Below, piece by piece: positions 57,501 to 64,000 of a stretch of 64,000 nucleotides of DNA (the first letter of the stretch is position 1; the number at the start of each line of letters is the position of its first letter). The translations under genes and the position numbers were made by a program. The notes under the pieces were generated by a model. The model was not told the origin of the DNA and ran no database searches. It worked only from the letters and a program-made list of their open reading frames with translations. The stretch lies in contig NC_086378.1 in the NCBI RefSeq assembly GCF_036588685.1, forward strand, positions 88,908,001 to 88,972,000, written 5' to 3'. This stretch comes from Mytilus trossulus (taxonomy: Eukaryota).

Positions 57501-59380
57501 TAACAAGTTTAAGTTTGCCGTCAGGCACATTGGACAATTTATCTCACATTCAACCAACGATAACAGACTCTCACATTGACCCAGCCACTCTTCATTCACA
57601 TCATAGACTTAACTATAATAACTCTATCATGAGCTCACCTAATAATAATTCTAATGGATCTAATATGGCGCCACAGTTTCCGCCAGAAAATATGGAGATG
57701 CCCGATATCTCAATGTCAAACAGTTTGATAGCAGCTAATGGGATGATGATGGCGCCACCTGTACAGGACGGATGTGTTACAACATCAAGTTTTTATTCAA
57801 AGAATGCTTTAAATAATAAAAATTCTCCGCGGAGGGAGAGCAGTGAAGAAAGTAGTGATGACTCTCTTCCTTTAGCACAGGTTAGTTTGATGTCTGTTAT
57901 AGTGTTTTAAAAAATATTTATCCAGCTTAGATAGAAAGTTTTTCCAACAAAAAAATTATCAGCAATACAAATGTTACAAAAAAGAGATTATAGTCCTCAA
58001 TTATATTCTTGTCTACAATGAAGGAGAGTGGCCATTGCTGACAATGCTCAGTTACAAAGGCTCTTGTCAAAGTCGAGCACCAGTAGTTAGATTCATATTG
58101 TAATGTGCATTGTATGCAGCAGAATTAATGGCTTCTATTTTTGATACTGGCATTGCAACTTTATTATAAATTGTAGTAATCAATATTTGTATATTTTATT
58201 TATAAGAAATGCTAATTTATATAAAGAAAGGTTGAAGGCAAACAGTATAATAAAGAAAAACATAATGTATGAAAAAACAAAGATTGTGTGTACATTTTAT
58301 TTTCTTTCTGATAAAGATTGAAATGAATGAGAATGCCTGTTGTCTTTTGAAAACAATAAAATCAAAGATTGAAGTCACTAAAATGTCTATGAATTTTGAC
58401 TGATCAATGGCTGAACGGTCTCCCAATCCAAGCTTTAGGAAGACTGTCATAACAGGAAATTTGATTTACATTACAAGAAAAAGGGGACATTGAATGGACT
58501 TTCACAGGAAAGAAAGAAGTTTTAACTCAAAAAAGGATATTTTACTACTGACAAATCTTAACAATTTATTGAAACATTTATAATATTTCATATATTAGAC
58601 AATTTTGTATTTATCTTAACAACCCTGCATACCCTATGTATTCAAAACAGAGATTATATTGTACAAGGTTTAGGAAGTCCATTCTCCTAATTATTTATAT
58701 TATATATTAGTATTTAGTTCATATAATTGATAATTTTAAGAGAAAGGTTAACACCCTAATTGAATCAGGAAATGTTAAAACATGTTAATTAAACGTGTAA
58801 AATTTCGTATTCTTCTACATGTTCTAGCTTGCTTTCATGAAGAGACAAGCAGCGGCAGCAGCAGCGGTAGAGGAAGCTCAAAAACAAAAGAAAACGAGGA
58901 AACCAAAAGTGACAAAGAAAAAGAAGAAGAAAGATCCAAATGAACCACAAAAGTAAGTACTCTTTTTTTAATGGTAATTGACTCAATAAGGGTATTCTGA
59001 TAGTGCTCAATAATGAGTTTCATAAATGTTAAAAAAAAAAAGGTTAACAGCAAAAAAAACCAAACACATATACCCGTAATCATTTATATCAGATATATTT
59101 TTACATCACTTACTTTTTGTATGTCTGTACTTTTCTATTGTTTAATACAGCAGGTAAAGAATAAAGAAGGATAATTTATTGCCATTTATAAAACAAAAGA
59201 ATGTTTATATGTCAAAGGTAATTATTGTTATGACCATATTTCAGGCCTGTATCAGCCTATGCATTGTTTTTCCGAGACACACAGGCCGCCATCAAGGGAC
59301 AGAACCCTAATGCTAGCTTTGGAGAGGTATCCAAGATTGTAGCTCAGATGTGGGATGGACTTGATCCAGACCATAAAAAT
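54462..59380 (+). CDS. TOX: TOX-family HMG-box protein, partial (3' exons lie beyond the window)
   Basis: Exons 54462-54548, 57461-57880, 58828-58952 and 59245-59380 join in frame. [14 protein letters not shown] is the TOX N-terminal motif; [50 protein letters not shown] is the diagnostic TOX HMG box. Confidence 0.93.
57461..57880 (+). CDS. TOX: TOX-like exon ([14 protein letters not shown]...SDDSLPLAQ)
   Basis: attgcag acceptor, CAG|GTTAGT donor; within ORF 57455-57910. Confidence 0.93.
58828..58952 (+). CDS. TOX: TOX-like exon with poly-Ala and Lys-rich NLS (...[13 protein letters not shown])
   Basis: gttctag acceptor, GTAAGT donor. Confidence 0.92.
59245..59380 (+). CDS. TOX: TOX-like HMG-box exon
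   Basis: [45 protein letters not shown]; atttcag acceptor, GTAGGT donor. Confidence 0.95.
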
Positions 59381-59413
59381 GTAGGTATCTTAGTCAACTT
59401 GACTTTTCAATGC

Positions 59414-60687
59414 TTTTTAGCTCACCTGGCCCGAAGGGCCAAGTGAGCTTTTCTCATCACTTGGCGTCCGTCGTCGTTAACTTTTACAAAAATCTTCTCC
59501 TCTGAAACTGCTGGGCCAAATTAATCCAAACTTGGCCATAATCATCATTGGGGTATCTAGTTTAAAAATTGTGTCTGGTGACCCCGCCAACCAACCAAGA
59601 TGGCCGCCACGGCTAAAAATAGAACATAGGGGTAAAATGCAGTTTTTGGCTTATAACTCAAAAACCAAAGCATTTAGAGCAAATCTGACGGGGGTAAAAA
59701 TGTTCATCAGGTCAAGATCTAACTGCCCTGAAATTTTCAGATGAATCGGACAACCTGTTGTTGGGTTGCTGCCCCTGAATTGGTAATTTTAGGGAAATTT
59801 TGCTGTTTTTTGTTATTATCTTGAATATTATTATAGATAGAGATAAACTGTAAACAGCAATAATGTTCAGCAAAGTAAAATCTGCAAATAAGTCAACATA
59901 ACCAAAATGGTCAGTTGACCACTTTAGGAGTTATTGTCCTTTATAGTCAATTTTTAACCATTTTTCGTAAATCTTGGTAATCTTTTACAAAAATCTTCTC
60001 CTCTGAAACTACCAGGCCAAATTTAAACAAACTTGTCCGCAATCATCATTGGGGTATCAAGTTTAAAAATTGTGTGGCGTGACCTGGCTAACCAACAAAG
60101 ATGGCCGCCATGGCTAAAAATAGAACATAGGGGTAAAATGCAGTTTTTTGCTTATAACTCAAAAACCAAAGCATTTAGAGCAAATCTAACAGGGAGTAAA
60201 ATTGATAATCAGGTCAAGATCTATTTGCCATGAAATTTTCAGATGGATTGGACAAACTGCTGTTATGTTGCTGCCCCTGAATTAGTCATTTTAAGGAAAT
60301 TTTGCCGTTTTTTGTTATTATCTTGAATATTATTATAGATAGAGATAAACTGTAAATGGAAACAATGTACAGCAAAGTAACACCTAAAAATAAGTCAACA
60401 TGACCTAAATGGTCAATTGACCCCATAAGGAGTTATTGCCCTTTATAGTCAATTTTTAACAATTTTCATAAAATTTGTAAATTTTAACTAACATTTTCCA
60501 CTGAAGCTCTTAGGCCAAGTTCAATATAGATAGAATGATTGTAAGCAGCAATAATGTTCAGTAAAGTAAGATATATACAAACACATCACCATCACCAAAA
60601 CACAATTTTGTCATGAATTCAAATGCGTCCTTTGTTTAATATTCACATAGACCAAGGTGAGCGACACAGGCTTTTTGGAGCCTCTAG
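59414..60687 (+). mobile_element. HINE family A copy 3, two 500-bp internal units, in a TOX intron
   Basis: TTTTTAGCTCACC...GGTGAGCGACACAGGCT..AGCCTCTAG; reverse complement of 528-1815. Confidence 0.88.
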
Positions 60688-62248
60688 TTTTTATAGGAGA
60701 TCTGTACTGAAATATTTATACATAAATATAGTTTTAAAAAAAATTGTAAAAGGAAATGTTTCTGCCAATTAACCAATATGGCAACCATGCAAAATATAGA
60801 CCAAAATATGGTGGTACCATTTATTGGATTTTTTTTTTTTTTTTCAAGAAAACTATAATACATAGAAAGAGAAATTGTTAGCATAACAAATAATGAGCAA
60901 AACAAAATAGTCGTTTGACTTCTTGAAGTAGTTATTGCCCATACATTTGAACATGTTATGGTTTAAGTGCTAAACCCAATGGAGCCCTATATTCATGTTT
61001 TTTGGAGGCCAAAAAAAATACCCACTGAGCATCTGTATAGAAAAATCCTCGGTCCATGGTATTCAAATTAAATCTGCTTTTCAAATGATAAAGTAAATAT
61101 GATATTAGCTGTAATTGTACACATGAATTTTATTTCATACTATAAATAATTAATGAATAGTAGCGCTACTGTAGAAAATCAGAAAAATAATTTGCCTCTC
61201 TGGTAATGAATAAAAAATGAGAAAAACACAATATGGCATGTATTTAATCCATTATTTTTTCTGTTGACATTGTAAAATGGTTCATGGAAGATAGAATTGT
61301 TTTGACACGTCATTAACGATTTTGATTAATTCCTGAAAGATTTTTCGAGGCCAGTGACACTCATTTGTCACCAATTGGAATTTTATTTGCTGAAATGATT
61401 TTTAATATTACCAAAGATTACAGCATTGTCAGATGTGGAATTTTTATTTCTACGTCTATTGTTTAATTTCTCAGGGGAGATAATTTACAGTTCCTCAGTG
61501 TATGCTATATTTTATAATATTCTGTTACTATGTAATTTGGCAGTTGAAATGGCATTATTGATTTGCATCAGAAGTGAAAAATTAACAATTAATCAAATAC
61601 TTAATCAATGAAATGTGTAATAAATTACACTTTTTTTCTCTTTTCATTTGGGAATAATGAAATTTAATCATGATTTACATCAATACATTACATTAGCTGT
61701 TAATGAAAAAAGGGAACATCTCAAAAACATAAAATATGTTGATTCTTGGGGAATATTTGCTTATGTTTGATTATTGTGAATCAGATTGTCGTGACGATGT
61801 TGTCACTATGATAAAATCATCTGTCACTCACTAGTTATAAAAGAATCAATAAAAATGGACAGTGGTCAAGAGATCACATAATTTGTCCAGACCTCACATT
61901 ATTATATTTTTTTTGGAATACAATAAAAAAGTAGATTTTTGGAGGATGGATAAAAATAATAATGTGATGAGAAAATTTTTTAAAGCAAAATTTTATAACA
62001 TTTTGGGTTCCTTATAGAAAAAAGTAGGAAAAATCTGTACACTGAACAGTTAAGAGAAAAATCATCACCAATAAGGAAACTACCTACCTCAAACAGAGAA
62101 GGGATGGTCTCACATGTAATTTTAAAATGCTCCATTACCTAATCTAACACATGATTTTTTATCCATCTTTACACACTTCAGAGTAAGGATCATTTTGTTT
62201 TTGTTTTGCCCTCAATAGAGGGAACTTTGCTTCAACACAGAAATACAA

Positions 62249-62965
62249 TTGATTGATTGATTGTTTGTTGGTGCTAAGCTCAAACTTTATCCCTCTTTGC
62301 TATATCATAGTTGCTAGATTTTACCGAAGGAGGCCAGAGTACTAAGAGAGAATCATGACATTACACAGGAAAACTGTCAAACCTGGTCAATGAAGATCAT
62401 AGTCCAATACAACATGCTACAAGTAATGTCCAGACTCCCAACCTGACAGGCTAGTGCTAAGAGAGAACCATGACTTTACGCAGGAAAACTGTCACCCCTG
62501 GTCAAATAAGATCATAGTCCAATAGCAATACAACATGCTACAAGTAATGTTCAGACTCCCAACCTGACAGGCTAGTGCTAAGAGAGAACCATGACTTTAC
62601 ACAGGAAAACTGTCAAACCTGGTCAATTAAAATCATAGTCCAATACAACATGCTACAAGTAATGTCCAGACTCCCAACCTTACAGGCTAGTGCTAAGAGA
62701 GAACCATGATTTTACACAGGAAAACTGTCAAACCTGGTCAATTAAAATCATAGTCCAATACAACATGCTACAAGTAATGTCCAGACTCCCAACCTGACAG
62801 ACTAGTGCTAAGAGAGAACCATGACTTTACACAGGAAAACTGTCAAACCTGGTCAATTAAGATCATAGTCCAATACAACATGCTACAAGTAATGTCCAGA
62901 CTCCCAACCTGATTGTTAACAGACTAGAACATGAACTACATAGACCAATTGCCACCGAGACCCCC
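62249..62965 (-). mobile_element. SINE whose interior is amplified as five tandem units of about 115 bp (62340-62912)
   Basis: (TTGA)n tail at left, tRNA-like head (gccaccgagacccc) at right, tandem units between. Confidence 0.75.
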
Positions 62966-63552
62966 AAGGGTAAAATAGACAAAAGCTTTATTAGAAGACA
63001 AACTGAATTCACTTCCTGGTCTGGATGATTAATTGTTTGTTCAATTCTTAAAACAACTAGTGGCAAATATTTAATACTTATTCAGGACAAAAACAAATTA
63101 ACTAAAACACAGTAGGTGTTTTAGGAAGATTTAGTGGACAGGTAGATGAGCTATATTGGTTGCCTTGGGAAAACAATGGAATATTATGTAATTTTAGAAC
63201 ATTTCCTGTAAGATACCTAGGGGGCTCTGGAGGATTTATTGTTAGTTGTTTTTTTTACTGAAGATTAGAAAATGTGTTTTCTCCGTATATTGTCCGTCTT
63301 CAGACAGCACACACTTTTAGCTATTAAATTGGGTTTGGTCAGCTTAAACTTTTCTGTCTGATTTCTATTAAAAAAACTTGAATGTTGAATTTCTTAATTC
63401 AAACAAATTGCTTTTAACATGTGTGTTGGCATATATTATATTTGTATGCTTTTAACATTACACTTCTACTATTAAAAGGTGCTGTCAGAGATTCTTCCCC
63501 CTTTAACTTGACATTTGACTATGTTATCAGTCTTTGACACAGTTTTATTTCA

Positions 63553-63720
63553 GGGTCCTCGGTGGCTGAATGGTCTGATTAGTCCAACTACTTTGGCACT
63601 ATCCTGTCAACACTTAAACATTTTCTAACAAAGTGTTTTGTTTTCTTCAGGCACTCTGGCTTAAAACAATAAAAGCTTACTGCCAAGAAATGTGTATTAG
63701 AAACTATTCAATCAATCAAT
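63553..63720 (+). mobile_element. Degenerate SINE
   Basis: gggtcctcggtggctgaatggtct head, caggcactctggctt core, (TCAA)n tail. Confidence 0.65.
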
Positions 63721-64000
63721 GCGATATTTCATCACAATTATCTTTATAAATTAAATAAAAAATTGGGTGCTATTAAATTGAGTGTTGACAATTCAGTGCA
63801 GACCATACTGCAAGAATGCTTTATTAGGGTTGTAACATAACTCTATCCCACGAAGGTTCTATCAGGACAGAATATGGGCAATAAAATTCAACTTCACAAT
63901 TAAGTTATTGAATTTTATACAGAAAATGGTGCAATTTCAAAATCTGCAATTGTTGTCAACATCTGTTTTCAACAAAATCGACTTCCTTTTTTTTTCTTCA

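Noticed and set aside
59381-64000. Remaining TOX HMG-box exon (third helix)
   Set aside because: No matching exon found in the window; presumed to lie beyond 64000

Overview
AT-rich, intron-rich eukaryotic DNA; the repeat families resemble those of bivalve molluscs (Mytilus-like), which is an inference from memory, not a search result. Three protein-coding genes were assembled by hand from GT-AG exons. (1) A complete WDR88-like WD40 gene on + (11 coding exons, 6079-14585, 395 aa). (2) A BCL11/ZNF296-like zinc-finger gene on - (27264-21935, about 792 aa), probably with a start codon split by an intron. (3) The 5' part of a TOX-family HMG-box gene on + (54462-59380), continuing beyond the window. 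The rest is introns and intergenic DNA full of non-autonomous transposons: Helentron-type HINEs with internal tandem arrays, TIR MITEs with 0, 2, 5, 6 and 9 bp target duplications, and tRNA-derived SINEs. The most notable observations are three separate exon-end plus splice-donor tandem duplications in the WDR88 gene (periods 72, 75 and 78 bp), a TSD-free Spy-type insertion demonstrated by empty paralogous sites inside this window, and a SINE whose interior has amplified into a tandem array. No prokaryotic system, CRISPR array or autonomous transposase was found.
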